Source: Blastocystis sp. ATCC 50177/Nand II (lineage: Eukaryota). From it: 64,000 nt of DNA. This document shows positions 62,936-64,000 of this stretch, piece after piece. The notes under the pieces are model-generated. The model did not search any database and had not been told where the DNA came from. It saw nothing but the letters and a program-made list of their open reading frames with translations. The translations under genes and the position numbers were made by a program. Location: contig JBBPEE010000035.1 in the NCBI GenBank assembly GCA_039096935.1, positions 682,001-746,000 of the forward strand. The letters run 5' to 3'. Numbering within the stretch: the first letter of the stretch is position 1; the number at the start of each line of letters is the position of its first letter.

Positions 62936-64000
62936 ATGGCTGAAGTTGCTTCTGAGGTAGTTCAAGGGTTCGATTCTGAGGGGAATTATCACGATGTGAT
63001 TTACGATGAATTATTGAGTAAAAATTCACCGGAGAGAATTGAAATTCACCCCTTATGCCGCAAACTCATTGACACTCCAGAGTTCCAACGCTTAAAGGAC
63101 ATCAAACAGCTGGATCAGCTCAACTTGATGTTTGAAAAGGCAAAACATACAAGGTGGTAATGGAAATAATCATTAAGAAGTAGGTTTGAACACTGTATTG
63201 GAACGAGCTTTTTGTGTGGATGGTATTATGACGAGCTGATTAAACACTCGAAGCAGGCAATCAACATGAGTGAGGAAGAAATCGAGAAGTATCGCATGTG
63301 TGTTGTTGTTGCCGGTTTATTACATGATATTGGTCATTGTGTGCTTGGTCATTCCTATCCTCAGTATGTGAAGCTGTTTAGGAATTCAAGGATTACTGAG
63401 CATGAAACAATGGGAATAGAAATCTTCAGACGGCTTTTACAACGGGATGAAATCAAGAATGCTTTTCTTGAGAAGGGATTGGACGATACAGCAGGATAAT
63501 GGTATTGGTGTCATTTGTAGTATCAAGATTGCATCTGCATGATGATCGCTGGAAAAGAGAAGCATCTTACAGACGATCTGAAGGAAAAATGGAATGGCAT
63601 TCCTCCCAACAAGAAGTGGCTATATCAGATTGTCTCCAACGAGAGGTGTCTCTTATTTTTGATATTAAAAATAGAACTGGTATTGATATGGATCGGATTG
63701 ATTATCTTCTTCGAGATAGTCACTATGTAACTGTAAAGCTTCTCTCTTATGTAGACTGAATTGAGCACATCAGTGAACTATAAGCGAATCATTGAAAATG
63801 CTTACGTGCATCAGGATAAAGATGATAGTTTTGTAAAGGTAACCCGAAATGCTCACAACAAGATTTGTTTCGATAGAGAAGTGGTTTACGATCTAATGAG
63901 CGTTTATCAGTCCAGAATGATGTTCTACCTTCATGCCTGTAATGTTAGTCTCGTCTTTACTGTTAAGCATAGCATCGAGATAATCAGATTACAGAAATCA
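62936..64000 (+). CDS. SAMHD1-like HD-domain dNTP triphosphohydrolase (runs off the window end)
   Basis: LIDTPEFQRLKDIKQL; HTRFEHCIG; AGLLHDIGH; HETMG; GIDMDRIDYLLRD. Confidence 0.88.

Overview
Gene-dense eukaryotic nuclear DNA, very probably from Blastocystis (inferred from ~30-nt spliceosomal introns, very short intergenic gaps, a TGTTTGTT element just past most gene ends, and several genes with no genomic stop codon before that element). About 30 intron-rich housekeeping genes were reconstructed by hand: LRR fragment, CCT7, RCC1-like, PDCD5, cyclin, GIGYF-like, DDI1, CLEC16A, CCZ1, PP1-like, LamG-GH47 mannosidase, acyltransferase, ArfGAP, hexokinase, ACSL, kinesin-14, PCYT1, RPL27A, G3BP-like, PGS1, RPS23, PDI, Myb, PPAT, VPS11, CRLS1, cyclin L, BolA, RPL13A, eRF1, tetraspanin, gamma-tubulin and a partial SAMHD1-like gene. 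Notable features: (1) an intact DD35D pogo transposon (46-bp perfect TIRs, TA duplication) that splits the GIGYF-like gene at the end of its GYF domain; (2) a hAT-type transposase element carrying host-style mini-introns; (3) a 76-nt kinesin intron that looks like a complete box C/D snoRNA; (4) a 36-nt AT-AC U12 intron and an apparent GT-CG intron; (5) candidate stop codons created by polyadenylation; (6) tandem arrays built from gene 3'-end processing sites. Gene boundaries come from manual splicing and are approximate. No database searches were run.
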